Below, in pieces: positions 1 through 9,364 of a DNA stretch of 64,000 bases. The translations under genes and the position numbers were made by a program. Every line of letters begins with the position of its first letter. Within the stretch, counting starts at the first letter, position 1. The DNA is from Thermodesulfovibrionia bacterium. GTDB taxonomy: Bacteria > Nitrospirota > Thermodesulfovibrionia > JACRGW01. The stretch spans positions 251 to 64,250 of the forward strand of contig CAKKRL010000162.1 in NCBI GenBank assembly GCA_919902655.1. Reading direction: 5' to 3'. Below the pieces are notes generated by a model, which saw only the letters and a program-made list of their open reading frames with translations, was not told the DNA's origin and made no database searches.

Positions 1-2
1 AT

Positions 3-281
3 ATCGCTGTAGCAGTATTCTTTATTGCCGGTGTTTCTAAGGTCAGGGTGCAGCTCGGAAAGGGACTCATATGGAGGATATTAATGATACTCTATACAGC
101 CTTTTCATTATTCATCTACCATTATATAGAAATACCTTTAATTGTCCTTCTACCCTTACTGGATAACCTTATCTTTTCTATTATGCCTTACAGGATAAAA
201 TTAAAGGTGATTGGCTGGATAGAAGTTTTAAAAGGAATTATCTTCTTACTGCTAATGGTATTTTATTATAAGTTTGTATAG
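3..281 (+). CDS. C-terminal fragment of a hydrophobic membrane protein; the reading frame is open to the window edge. The listed ORF 48..281 begins at an internal GTG.
   Basis: No stop codon in frame from position 3. The translation is highly hydrophobic (LIWRILMILYTAFSLFIYHYIEIPLIVLLPLL). No recognisable family. Confidence 0.3.
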   Translation: MAVAVFFIAGVSKVRVQLGKGLIWRILMILYTAFSLFIYHYIEIPLIVLLPLLDNLIFSIMPYRIKLKVIGWIEVLKGIIFLLLMVFYYKFV

Positions 282-290
282 AAATAAAAA

Positions 291-330
291 AGGAGGGGGG
301 GGGGGGGGGAACCCCCCCCCCCCCCCTCCT
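291..330. terminator. Perfect homopolymer hairpin AGGAG-G14-AA-C14-CTCCT, a bidirectional intrinsic-terminator-like structure between convergent genes.
   Basis: Read directly: a run of 15 G, then AA, then 15 C, flanked by the complementary AGGAG/CTCCT. It lies between the stop of the plus-strand ORF (281) and the stop of minus-strand htpX (348). Confidence 0.55.
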
Positions 331-347
331 CGTCTCTTAATCCCTTT

Positions 348-1196
348 TTATCCCCTAACCATCGCCTCAAGCCTTGCGATCCTCTTCTCCATCGGAGGAT
401 GGGTGCTGAAGAGTTTAAGAAGCCCTCTTCCGGAAAGTGGACTAACAATGAACATATGAGCTGTGGCAGGGTTTGCCTCAAGTGGTATCCTCTGAGATGC
501 GATATGGAGCTTCTTCAGGGCGTTTGAAAGGAAAAAGGGGCTTCCTGCAATCCTTGCCCCTGCCTCATCTGCAGAATATTCCCTTGATCTCGAAATTGCC
601 ATCTGGATAAGGAGGGCGGCAATCGGCCCTACAATCATCATCGCAAGGGCAACAAGCGGATTCCCTCCTCTATCATCGTCATCACTGCTTCTTCCTCCAA
701 AAAGCATTGCCCAGTGTGCCATCTGTGCAAGGTAGCTTATCGCACCAGCTATGGTAGCAGCAATGGTCCCTATGAGGATATCCCTGTTTTTTACATGGGC
801 AAGCTCATGGCCTATTACGCCTGCGAGTTCATCCCTGCTGAGTATCCTCATTATACCTGTCGTCACAGCTACTGCAGCATGGCTTGGGTTCCTACCAGTT
901 GCAAAGGCATTTGGAGAATCGTTCTCCATGATATATACCTTCGGCGTCGGGATAGATGCCTTCTGGGCAAGTGTCCTTACTGTACTGAAAAGCTCGGGTG
1001 CATCCGCCTCTTTAACTTCCTTTGCCCCGTACATCCTGAGTACAATCTTGTCGCTGAACCAGTATGTGACCATATTCATTACGAGAGCAAATCCCAGGGC
1101 CATGGTCATCCCGGATTTTCCTCCCAGGGCAGCCCCTCCCCATATAAGAAGAAGGGTCAGTGCTACCATTAAAACCATCGTCTTTAAACCATTCAT
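348..1196 (-). CDS. htpX: Zinc metalloprotease HtpX (M48 family)
   Basis: HEXXH motif ([11 protein letters not shown]) and N-terminal TM helices. Length and layout fit HtpX, including the C-terminal ...[16 protein letters not shown]. Confidence 0.85.
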   Translation of the reverse strand: MNGLKTMVLMVALTLLLIWGGAALGGKSGMTMALGFALVMNMVTYWFSDKIVLRMYGAKEVKEADAPELFSTVRTLAQKASIPTPKVYIMENDSPNAFATGRNPSHAAVAVTTGIMRILSRDELAGVIGHELAHVKNRDILIGTIAATIAGAISYLAQMAHWAMLFGGRSSDDDDRGGNPLVALAMMIVGPIAALLIQMAISRSREYSADEAGARIAGSPFFLSNALKKLHIASQRIPLEANPATAHMFIVSPLSGRGLLKLFSTHPPMEKRIARLEAMVRG

Positions 1197-1483
1197 ACTT
1201 TAAAACCTCCTTTTAAATGAGCATCCCTTCCACAGGATCCTTCGGAGAATCAACCTTTTAAGATCCAGAAATACGATATATATTTACACATTATTTATTA
1301 TTTTGTCAAGATGTTCATAGGGATATGATTTATATCATTTCCTCTGTCCCCCTCTTAGATTTAGATTAACCATCATAATCATCTTTTAAACTCAAAAGAA
1401 GGAGAGCGCAGGTCAATGAAGAAAGTAGTATATATTAATGGTTCTGATGTTATTATGAGAATCTATTAAGGAGGTGATTCAGT

Positions 1484-1723
1484 ATGAGCGAAAAGGTAAT
1501 GGAGCTCAAAGACAGGGTACAGGAGGTAATCGAGATGATCAGGCCATCGCTTCAGGCAGATGGAGGAGATATAGAACTTGTGGATGTTGTAGATAATATC
1601 GCACAGGTAAAACTTCAGGGCGCGTGTGGCGTCTGCCCGAGTTCAATATATACTTTAAAGCTTGGTGTTGAAAGGATACTCACGGAACGGATACCTGAGA
1701 TAAAAGAGGTAGTTGCAGTATAA
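1484..1723 (+). CDS. NifU-like (Nfu-type) Fe-S cluster assembly domain protein
   Basis: 79 aa with the GACGVCPSS CxxC motif typical of the NifU C-terminal domain. Strong SD (aaggaggtg) upstream. Confidence 0.7.
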   Translation: MSEKVMELKDRVQEVIEMIRPSLQADGGDIELVDVVDNIAQVKLQGACGVCPSSIYTLKLGVERILTERIPEIKEVVAV

Positions 1724-1769
1724 AGGTTAGTCGAAGTCATTTCAGCAACACCCATTCTTGACGGAAGGC

Positions 1770-2912
1770 TCAGAGAGATCTGAGCCTTCCGTCTTTAAGG
1801 ATTACCGCTTCCTTCTTATTATGATATACCAATCTAAGGGTAGGACGGAAGAATATGAAGTCCTGATGGAATGGAGTCCTTATCTTTCCTCCGAAGGAAC
1901 TGTTATCACCGAGGGCAATATGTATCGTACCCAGAATCTTTTCTGACTCAAGTATATTATCCGGCCTTGTTGCCTTATCGTTCGTGCCTATTCCGAGTTC
2001 CGCTATATTCCTGAAATTATCGTTCTCTGAAAGTTTCTTTTCAAGCACAGACCTATAGCTATCCCTTCCTTCTACCTCTACTACTTTCCCCTTTCTGACC
2101 GTAAGGTCTACTGTATATTTAAGCCTATGCGTCGGCGCCCATTCAACAATAAGCTTTCCCTCTGATGTCCCTTCAAGAGGTGCGAGATATACTTCTCCTG
2201 CAGGGAGATTGCCAAAAGAACCAGGTTTTCTAAGTATTCCTGTGTCAGAACCTGTCTTTCTCCCTTCTTTACTAAAAGAGAGTTCTGTCCCATTGGGTGT
2301 AGAGACTTCTATCCGCAAGGCCTTATTCACCTTCCCCGCTAAATCCTTCGTTCTCCTCTCAAGATCCCTCCAGTCCACAGTCATAGCCCCGAATAACATA
2401 TCGGGATCAAAGAGTGGCATACTCGCATAACGGGCCCCTGCAGCTCTTGTAATAAAATCCCTGAACCTTGTATGGCTTGTGGAATAGTTAGAAAGACCGA
2501 CCACAACATCTATGGTATTCTTCCTGTATTTAGAAATAATATCCTCTGCCTTTCTGATCTGCTCATCCCCTGCCTTCTTATCAATAAGCGCCTTCATTAC
2601 CTTCAGTTCTTTCAGTGCTTTTACTGTTTTTTCCCCAAAGGCCCTCCTCCAGACCTTTTCAGGAGGTTCAGCACCATGGGACATTAGGGCCTTATACTCT
2701 GTATATACAACCTCCTTACATAAACCCTTTCCTACCTCCGCCACAAGCCTTGCAAGGTCCTTAAGCCTCCCCCTCCTATTTCTGTCTTCAGGGGTTATTC
2801 TCTCCTCCGGCATTATCTCATCTGTGAAGACGAGCACCCTCTCCTCTTTCCTGACTCCGAGATTTATCCTGAACAGATCCTTTATTGCCTCAATGAACCT
2901 GTCATTCGACAT
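1770..2912 (-). CDS. Aminopeptidase, probably M29 (thermophilic metalloprotease / AmpS-like) family
   Basis: 380 aa cytoplasmic protein. Overall resemblance to aminopeptidase T-like proteins (…ELGIGTN…IHIALGDN…), judged from memory of the family. Confidence 0.45.
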   Translation of the reverse strand: MSNDRFIEAIKDLFRINLGVRKEERVLVFTDEIMPEERITPEDRNRRGRLKDLARLVAEVGKGLCKEVVYTEYKALMSHGAEPPEKVWRRAFGEKTVKALKELKVMKALIDKKAGDEQIRKAEDIISKYRKNTIDVVVGLSNYSTSHTRFRDFITRAAGARYASMPLFDPDMLFGAMTVDWRDLERRTKDLAGKVNKALRIEVSTPNGTELSFSKEGRKTGSDTGILRKPGSFGNLPAGEVYLAPLEGTSEGKLIVEWAPTHRLKYTVDLTVRKGKVVEVEGRDSYRSVLEKKLSENDNFRNIAELGIGTNDKATRPDNILESEKILGTIHIALGDNSSFGGKIRTPFHQDFIFFRPTLRLVYHNKKEAVILKDGRLRSL

Positions 2913-4032
2913 TTTTTATTCTTTTATTCCCTTCTCTTTCAAGTATCGTTACAACACCAAGGATAACAACCGCCTGAAGAATCAGTATAATAGCCATCTC
3001 GGTCGTCACCCTTCTTATCAGAAGGGCCGTAAGCCCGAGTGAAATTGCAAGGAAATAGATAAGTATCACTGCCTTCTTTTTTCCTTGAAGAAGTGCGTCC
3101 ATCCTGTGATGCAGATGGTCTTTACCTACATAGTCTATCCACTCCTTAACGCTCTTAACCTTCCCCTCTATGACCCGTGCAACTGTTATATATATGGTAT
3201 CGTATATGAAAATAGAAAAGATAAGGAGGGGTGCTGTTAAAGATACAAGGGGGTTATTCTCTGACCATTCGCCTTTTATAGCCAGTGCAGAAAGGATAAA
3301 ACCAAGGAATGTGCTTCCTGATTCTCCGAGAAAAATGGTTGCAGGGCCTTTAATCCTGAAATTATAGGGGAGAAACCCTAAGGAAGCACCCAGTATTGCA
3401 ATCGCCATCCATCCGAGGATAGGCTGAGCTCCCATGAAGGCAATTATTCCTATAAAAAACGCAGTGATGATCGAAAGCCCTGAAGCAAGGCCGTCCATGC
3501 CATCAAAGAAGTTCATTGAGTTAGTAATCCCCACAACCCAGAGGATTGTGAGGAAGATATTTACTGATGCGCCAAAGACCGATTCGCTTGGGAAGAGCGT
3601 AAGGAGGACCCCGGATTTTATTATAAAGAACGTGATTGCTATCTGGATCAAAAGTCTTATGCTCGCAGGTATCTCCCGTTTGTCATTTATAACTCCGACC
3701 AAAACGAGTATAGCACCGCTTGAAAGAATGGACAAAGATTGATCATCAACGATCTGATTGGACAGAAATGCACTAACCGTACCCAAATAAACTGCCAGTC
3801 CTCCGAGTAGCGGTGTTGGTTCTGCATGTACCTTCCTTTCTGCAGGGATATCGATCATTTTGAATCTTATGGCAATAAGCCTTACAGCCGGAACAATAAA
3901 GAATGAAAGTGAGGCAGAGAAAAGAAGAACATATAACCAGCGGAATCCTCCTCTGAAGAAGAAGTCTTTCCCGTAGGGAGTAAAGAGGATAACCGAAGCT
4001 ATCCCTGATAGAACAAATAGTGCCTTCACCAA
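2902..4032 (-). CDS. Polyprenyl-phosphate N-acetylhexosamine-1-phosphate transferase (WecA/MraY family, GT4 superfamily), the initiating transferase
   Basis: Multi-TM protein with the NSMNFFDGMDGLA motif diagnostic of the MraY/WecA family. Last gene of the long minus-strand polysaccharide operon. Confidence 0.85.
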   Translation of the reverse strand: MVKALFVLSGIASVILFTPYGKDFFFRGGFRWLYVLLFSASLSFFIVPAVRLIAIRFKMIDIPAERKVHAEPTPLLGGLAVYLGTVSAFLSNQIVDDQSLSILSSGAILVLVGVINDKREIPASIRLLIQIAITFFIIKSGVLLTLFPSESVFGASVNIFLTILWVVGITNSMNFFDGMDGLASGLSIITAFFIGIIAFMGAQPILGWMAIAILGASLGFLPYNFRIKGPATIFLGESGSTFLGFILSALAIKGEWSENNPLVSLTAPLLIFSIFIYDTIYITVARVIEGKVKSVKEWIDYVGKDHLHHRMDALLQGKKKAVILIYFLAISLGLTALLIRRVTTEMAIILILQAVVILGVVTILEREGNKRIKNVE

Positions 4033-5078
4033 GTAATCAGTTCCTTATACCTTTTAAGGGAATCAGAAATCTTACGGATTTCTTTACCGGTAAGACCCGG
4101 ATAGATCGGAATTGATATCGATCTTTTCCATGAAAGTTGTGTGTTGTGATATCCCTTTTCACCTGTATAGTAGTGGAGAGGTTTGAATACAGGCCTCCTG
4201 CAGGAGATTCCATCCTTTTCCATAAGCCTTATAAATCGTTCTAAATGACTTGTTTCTAATATATATCTGTAATAGATGCCCTTCCCTCGTCTCTCGTCCC
4301 TCTTTAAGGTGGTATCATAGATCCTTGCGATCTCTTCCCTCCTTTTAATAAAAGAAGGCAATCTCTTAAGCTGGCTAAGTCCAAGGGCTGCAGCCATGTC
4401 AGTCATCTTGTAGTTATATCGGAGTTTAAAACTCTCCTTCTCATCATACTCTCTTATATCCTTTGCCTTTTTTATAATATCAGACGAATCTGAAATAATC
4501 ATACCACCCTCACCCGTAGTAATTACCTTTGTGGCATAGAAAGAGAGTATGGAGACAAGGCCGTAGCTACCGACCATCCTGCCTTTATATGTAGCCCCAA
4601 GTGCCTGTGCAGAGTCTTCTATGACAGGGATATTGTATTTATCGGAAATATAAAGAAATGCATCTATATCCGCAGGCTGGCCAAAACTATGGACAACTAT
4701 TATAGCCCTTACCCTTGACTTTCTCCTTTTACGAAGATAATCTTCGACTATATAAGGGTCTATATTATAGGTTTCCCGCTCTATGTCAGCAAATCTCGGA
4801 ACTGCTCCTGTGGCCATTACCGAATTAAGGAGTGCAGAGCAGGTATAGCTCGGAATTATTACTTCATCTCCCTCTTTGATACCGAGGCATAGAAGTGACA
4901 GGTGCAGGGCGGAGGTGCCAGAGCTCAGTGCAACAGCGCCTTTAACCCTTATATACGACGCCAGGGTTTTCTCGAACTTTTCGACCTCAGGCCCCTGTGC
5001 TATTTGACCTGTTCTGATAACTCCTGATACAGCTTCTATATCCTTTTTGTCAACGCTTGGCCTTGAATGAGGGATCAT
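4026..5078 (-). CDS. DegT/DnrJ/EryC1/StrS-family PLP-dependent sugar aminotransferase
   Basis: Typical DegT architecture (…ALSSGTSALHLSL…, DSAQALG…, SFYATKVITTGEGGM). Overlaps its neighbours by 4-7 nt. Confidence 0.8.
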   Translation of the reverse strand: MIPHSRPSVDKKDIEAVSGVIRTGQIAQGPEVEKFEKTLASYIRVKGAVALSSGTSALHLSLLCLGIKEGDEVIIPSYTCSALLNSVMATGAVPRFADIERETYNIDPYIVEDYLRKRRKSRVRAIIVVHSFGQPADIDAFLYISDKYNIPVIEDSAQALGATYKGRMVGSYGLVSILSFYATKVITTGEGGMIISDSSDIIKKAKDIREYDEKESFKLRYNYKMTDMAAALGLSQLKRLPSFIKRREEIARIYDTTLKRDERRGKGIYYRYILETSHLERFIRLMEKDGISCRRPVFKPLHYYTGEKGYHNTQLSWKRSISIPIYPGLTGKEIRKISDSLKRYKELITW

Positions 5079-5704
5079 CGCTTTTTTTCTTTTACATTGA
5101 TGAACAATCTCAGGGGGCTAAAGCCCTCGGCGTTCTTCACCCTTCCCTGAATACCCCTGAAATGGGCTGAGGACCGGGCAATGTCTATGATAGAAAGCCC
5201 CTCAATATTTGTCTTCATTACCTGAGAGGAATGTGCCTTCAGGAGCTTGAGCTTCTTTTCCAGTTCTGCGTCAATATTTACGAATACTGTTGGGCTGAAG
5301 TTCTGGGTTGTTGGCCCTTCATAGAACATGACATTCCTCGTGTATCTTGTTGCCGTTATTGTGCAGGTTGATATATGACGGTGGTCCTGGTGAGTATCAT
5401 CGAAGTAATGCACAAAGATAAAGGCAGGTTTGATCTTTTTTACAATATTCTCTATCCTCTGGATAAGCTCCTGATTAATGGGTATTTCCGTATCCCTGTA
5501 ATTTCCCCAGAAGAGCTTATTAACACCTATTATCCTTGCCGATTTCTCCTGCTCTCTTCTCCTCATACCTTCAACTGCTCCGCTCTCTCCCTCTGTAAGG
5601 ACGAGCAGATATATATTATGCCCCTTATCTGCATATTTTATTAATGCCCCCCCACAACCAAATTCTATATCATCCGGATGTGAACCAATTGCAAGAATAT
5701 TCAT
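5075..5704 (-). CDS. PIG-L/LmbE-family N-acetylglucosaminyl deacetylase
   Basis: N-terminal HPDDIEFGCGG motif and the HQDH motif. Confidence 0.8.
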   Translation of the reverse strand: MNILAIGSHPDDIEFGCGGALIKYADKGHNIYLLVLTEGESGAVEGMRRREQEKSARIIGVNKLFWGNYRDTEIPINQELIQRIENIVKKIKPAFIFVHYFDDTHQDHRHISTCTITATRYTRNVMFYEGPTTQNFSPTVFVNIDAELEKKLKLLKAHSSQVMKTNIEGLSIIDIARSSAHFRGIQGRVKNAEGFSPLRLFINVKEKKR

Positions 5705-6390
5705 GAAGAAATCCTCCCTTTTCTTATCATCTCCATACCATTTTCTCCGCAGTTAAAAAGGATATCTATGCAGGATAGGTTTGGTTCAAACCCTTCATAG
5801 AGCTGTTGATATACAGGGTGTTTAAAATCCTGGATAACCACCTCTATCCCTGCCCTCTCGAAGGCATCCATGCCCATATATTTCGGTCCGTCCTTGCCGG
5901 AAAGATAGGTATCAGCCCCTACCGACCCGCAGAGGTCTATCAGCCGGCCATCAGGTTCATCCCTCGTTTCAAATTCTGATGCGATAAAAATCTTTTTCTT
6001 TATTCCAAAGAGGTCTGTAAGCATCTTTATCAGAGTGATATTAATATCTACAAGTCTCTCCCAGTTCTTTCTGTATATATCTTCGAAATAAGGAAAATAT
6101 TTTATGAAATATGGCGTCCTTCTGTAATTTGTCTCTATCGCAGTTAAATGTTTCCTCCTCCAGTCTACTCCGTTATTTATCCTCACCTCATTAATCTTCT
6201 CAGGAAATCTGTAAAGAACAGGGACTGTTAACCACTGCCATCCCTGGGATGTTTTTATCCTGTTACGGTTCTGCCATTCATTCTTTTTATACTGGACATT
6301 GTCAAGAAGTATAAATACATCAGACCTGTCTATCTTATCTATATATCCGATCCATGGCATATACTGGGGCTGATGTATAGAGGCCATCAT
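5701..6390 (-). CDS. WbqC-family protein of unknown function, as found in O-antigen clusters
   Basis: The N-terminus MMASIHQPQYMPWIGY is the hallmark of WbqC-like proteins. Confidence 0.65.
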   Translation of the reverse strand: MMASIHQPQYMPWIGYIDKIDRSDVFILLDNVQYKKNEWQNRNRIKTSQGWQWLTVPVLYRFPEKINEVRINNGVDWRRKHLTAIETNYRRTPYFIKYFPYFEDIYRKNWERLVDINITLIKMLTDLFGIKKKIFIASEFETRDEPDGRLIDLCGSVGADTYLSGKDGPKYMGMDAFERAGIEVVIQDFKHPVYQQLYEGFEPNLSCIDILFNCGENGMEMIRKGRISS

Positions 6391-7955
6391 CCATCGAACC
6401 TCACAAAAATCGGATTGGTAATAAGTTGTTCACCAACAGCCAGTCGATAATATATCTTCTTTCCGGGTAGAAAATAATCGTCTTTGTATTTTATCATAAA
6501 ATCTTTCCTGGCAGAAAACGTTTCTTTGACCTCTCCATTCCGTATCAGGAAAATCTTTATTTCTTCTTTGGGCGGCTTTGGAAATTTTATATTTATCGTA
6601 ACCTCTATTCCTTCTCTGCTCTGCAACTCCTCTCCCATTGTCGCCTCTCCATCAGAGCTTCTTAGAGTAAAATCCTCAAGAATCGGTTTATCTATACCCC
6701 TTACCGCATAGGCCCTCCCCTTCTTTAATGCATCTAAAACCTCTTCTTCTTTAAAAACCTTAAGAAAAAATACGGTCTGCGTCATACCCATCCAGTCACC
6801 TTCTTTGTAATCAAGCTCCCCTATAGCCCATACAGGGCTATCCCTCTTACCTTCACAGTAATCCTTCAGAATCTGATCCCACAGTCCACCGGGTTTTCCC
6901 ATGATCTTGTATCCCTCCTCAAAGACAGCAAAGCCAGTGTATCCTTTTGTCTCCATGAGATCGTTGTAATATGGCGACGTACTTACTTTTACCTTCCCGC
7001 CTTCAAAGGCACCACCGGCTTCGTATTTTCCCTCTGCCTCAGGATGTGCCCAGTAGGTCAGGGCATTCTTCTTATTTGCATAATCTATCAGAAACTGGTA
7101 CGGCCCTGTACCCTTATCCCCGTGGTACTGGTTATAGATAGGCTCGCAGAATGGGAAATTATTAATGAGGAAGATGATACCCGATGTCAGGATAATTATA
7201 CCTGTTACAGAATATATCCTCCTTTTCTTTTTAATCGTAAATCCTCTGAGACGATAGACCCTTTCTCCTTTTTTCCTTAAGAGGATAACACCGGGGATAA
7301 AGACTGCTATGGGCCAGAGATTTATTATACAGAAAGGGCCTAATCTTAAAGGAAATCCATATCCCACAGAAGGGATACCATTATAATCCTCAGGACTCTT
7401 CAGGCCCAGGATAAGTATATGCTTATGCCAGTTATTAAGGGTCAGTTCTCTTTTTATAGGATTTCCCTCCCAGTAGTAAAAAGGCACAGCCTCTGCGCCA
7501 TGGAGTATGAGCATATCCGTATATCTCTTCCTTAATTCTTCGATGGTGTCTATATATCTCCCTGAACCGTATTCTCTTATCCCTCCCTTATCAACCCTCT
7601 TTTTTATTATCTTCCTCAGAAGTGGTAGGCCGTATTCAACCCTCATATTGTCATGATCAGTAATAATTGCGATTTTGAGACCTTGATCCCTTACCTTTCT
7701 CACCATCTCCTCTGGAGAAAGCGTGCCGCCTCCTATATTGGTATCGAGATGAATTACCCCCTCAACCCTCAGATATTCCGCAGCAGAGGATTCTGAAATC
7801 GTAAAGAAAAATATGAGAAAAAGAATCCCGAACCAGCCGAATCGATTTTTCCGTTTAAATCCCCCCCTGTCCCTCTTTAACCCCTCTATCTCCCCCCTTA
7901 GTAAGGGGGGAATAAAAGGGGGGTGAGGGGGGATTTTACATCTTTTTAAGGACAT
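6387..7955 (-). CDS. PHP-like metal-dependent phosphoesterase domain protein with internal TM segments. The annotated N-terminus is encoded by a palindromic repeat, so the true start is probably downstream.
   Basis: IHLDTNIGGGTLSPEEMV…KIAIITDHDNM resembles a PHP-domain N-terminus. Hydrophobic stretches sit mid-protein. The first ~35 codons overlap repeat family B and the small ORF at 7936-8115. Confidence 0.4.
   Translation of the reverse strand: MSLKRCKIPPHPPFIPPLLRGEIEGLKRDRGGFKRKNRFGWFGILFLIFFFTISESSAAEYLRVEGVIHLDTNIGGGTLSPEEMVRKVRDQGLKIAIITDHDNMRVEYGLPLLRKIIKKRVDKGGIREYGSGRYIDTIEELRKRYTDMLILHGAEAVPFYYWEGNPIKRELTLNNWHKHILILGLKSPEDYNGIPSVGYGFPLRLGPFCIINLWPIAVFIPGVILLRKKGERVYRLRGFTIKKKRRIYSVTGIIILTSGIIFLINNFPFCEPIYNQYHGDKGTGPYQFLIDYANKKNALTYWAHPEAEGKYEAGGAFEGGKVKVSTSPYYNDLMETKGYTGFAVFEEGYKIMGKPGGLWDQILKDYCEGKRDSPVWAIGELDYKEGDWMGMTQTVFFLKVFKEEEVLDALKKGRAYAVRGIDKPILEDFTLRSSDGEATMGEELQSREGIEVTINIKFPKPPKEEIKIFLIRNGEVKETFSARKDFMIKYKDDYFLPGKKIYYRLAVGEQLITNPIFVRFDG
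7861..7935. repeat. GC-rich palindromic repeat family B, copy 1 (ccccccctgtccc…cccccctta g taagggggg aataaaagggggg tgagggggg atttt)
   Basis: Contains the perfect hairpin CCCCCCTTA/TAAGGGGGG. A related copy sits at 35726-35808. Lies within the annotated N-terminus of the PHP protein. Confidence 0.6.
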
Positions 7956-8115
7956 AAATCGTTATCGCAAAAAGGAGCAGTGTATTCGAGATCCTCATGT
8001 ATCCTCCAGGTGTAAGATGAGCAATCGAAAATGGTAGCAGAATAAATGCATCAAGAACCCCTATTCCCAGACTCACTACTGCTAAACCAAAAAATATCCA
8101 GCCCACGATTTTCAT
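7936..8115 (-). CDS. Small (59 aa) two-helix membrane protein, not in the ORF track
   Basis: Reverse complement reads ggaggtgaataagtATG then MKIVGWIFFGLAVVSLGIGVLDAFILLPFSIAHLTPGGYMRISNTLLLFAITIYVLKKM. Good SD. Confidence 0.45.
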   Translation of the reverse strand: MKIVGWIFFGLAVVSLGIGVLDAFILLPFSIAHLTPGGYMRISNTLLLFAITIYVLKKM

Positions 8116-8170
8116 ACTTATTCACCTCCTTTATAATGTTCAAGGATTCGAGGTTTGGAGTATTTATTTT

Positions 8171-9346
8171 TCACCTGGCACCTTGACTACCTGATCCCTC
8201 GAATCCTTTATAGAGAGATTCTAAATTATCTATTGCAATCTGTATATCGAAACCCTCTGACCGTATTCTTCCTTCTTCTCCCATAGCATCAGCCATTTCC
8301 GGGGCTGTAAGAATCTTCATAACGGCAGAAGCCATCTCTTCCGGATTTGATGGAGGGACAAGGATACCTGTTATACCATCTTTAACAACCTCTGGCACCC
8401 CTCCGACCTTTGTTGCGACTACCGGCTTACCCGCAGCCATAGCCTCGAGAAGGACACGTCCCAGACCTTCATTCAAGGAGGATAGAACCAGGATATCCAT
8501 CGAAGGTATTATATCACAAATATCCTTCCTTGTTCCTGTAAAAATCGCCTTAACCCCAAGTTTTTCTGCCATCTCTTCCATCTTCTTTCTCTCAGGGCCA
8601 TCACCGACAATTAAAAACTTCATATTTTTTAGCTCGGGAGACCTGCCTGTTTTATCTTTAAGCAGGAATGCGGCCTTCAGGAATGTTCCGCAATCTTTCA
8701 CTGGTACAAGCCTCCCTATCCATCCTATAACCTTATCTTCGGAAGAGAGGCCGAGGATCTGCCTGACCTCTTCTCTTGTTTTTTCCGACCCCTGAAATTT
8801 CTTAGTATCTATCCCGTAGGGAATGGTAATATATTTCTCCCTTCTTGCAAGTCTTAACCTCTGATAGTCTTCTATCTCAAGGTCTGTTAAGGTTGTAACT
8901 CTATCTGTAATCCCTGCTGTTATCCTTTCAGTCCAGAAGAAGAGTTTAGTCTTAATCCATCCAAAATATCCGTAAAAGATATGTCCATGGGTTGAATGGA
9001 TTATTACTTTCACCCCGTTTAACCATGCCGCCCATCTACCTAATATTCCGGCCTTTGATGTATGTGTGTGAACAACTTCCGGCCTTTCCTCTTTAACAAA
9101 CCTGTAAAGTTTGCAGAAGGAATAGAAGTCAAAGAGTGGACTTATCTCTCTTTTTATTTTCTGAACTACAGTTAAAGGTACGCCTGTCCTTTTAGAATAT
9201 TCCTCAAAGTCTTCCTGCGGTTCCTTTGTGAAACCTGTTATAATTCTCACATCATGGCCTTTTTTTGAAAGCCCCTCTCCTATCTGCATAACCGCCTCTG
9301 CCGAACCTCCCTGGTCAAGGCGGGTTATTATCTGGATAATTTTCAT
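8171..9346 (-). CDS. Glycosyltransferase family 4 (GT-B fold)
   Basis: EGLGRVLLEAMAAGKPVVATKVGGVPEVV, the classic GT4 E-X7-E region. Confidence 0.85.
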   Translation of the reverse strand: MKIIQIITRLDQGGSAEAVMQIGEGLSKKGHDVRIITGFTKEPQEDFEEYSKRTGVPLTVVQKIKREISPLFDFYSFCKLYRFVKEERPEVVHTHTSKAGILGRWAAWLNGVKVIIHSTHGHIFYGYFGWIKTKLFFWTERITAGITDRVTTLTDLEIEDYQRLRLARREKYITIPYGIDTKKFQGSEKTREEVRQILGLSSEDKVIGWIGRLVPVKDCGTFLKAAFLLKDKTGRSPELKNMKFLIVGDGPERKKMEEMAEKLGVKAIFTGTRKDICDIIPSMDILVLSSLNEGLGRVLLEAMAAGKPVVATKVGGVPEVVKDGITGILVPPSNPEEMASAVMKILTAPEMADAMGEEGRIRSEGFDIQIAIDNLESLYKGFEGSGSQGAR

Positions 9347-9364
9347 AGAATGACAGAAATAACT

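Noticed and set aside
266-481. ORFs 266..481(-) and 274..459(+), whose translations contain GGGGGG/PPPPPP runs
   Set aside because: They are the translation of the G15/C15 homopolymer hairpin and overlap the htpX 3' end. Artefactual.
714-1203. Two plus-strand ORFs (152 and 150 aa) nested inside htpX
   Set aside because: Antisense to a well-supported HEXXH protease gene. No SD. Low-complexity translations.
1306-1340. TTGTCA … TATGAT promoter-like hexamers upstream of the NifU-like gene
   Set aside because: Spacer is 15 nt and the alternatives are poor. Insufficient to call.
1417-1470. 17-codon mini-ORF (MKKVVYINGSDVIMRIY) with SD just upstream of the NifU-like gene
   Set aside because: Too short and unconserved to call. 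Could be a leader peptide, but no attenuator structure is evident.
1758-1946. 62-aa plus-strand ORF overlapping the 3' end of the aminopeptidase gene
   Set aside because: Overlaps a stronger gene on the opposite strand. No RBS.
2209-3742. Multiple plus-strand ORFs (73-176 aa) across the aminopeptidase and WecA-like genes
   Set aside because: All antisense to long motif-supported genes. Low-complexity, Ser/Leu/Phe-rich translations typical of antisense frames.
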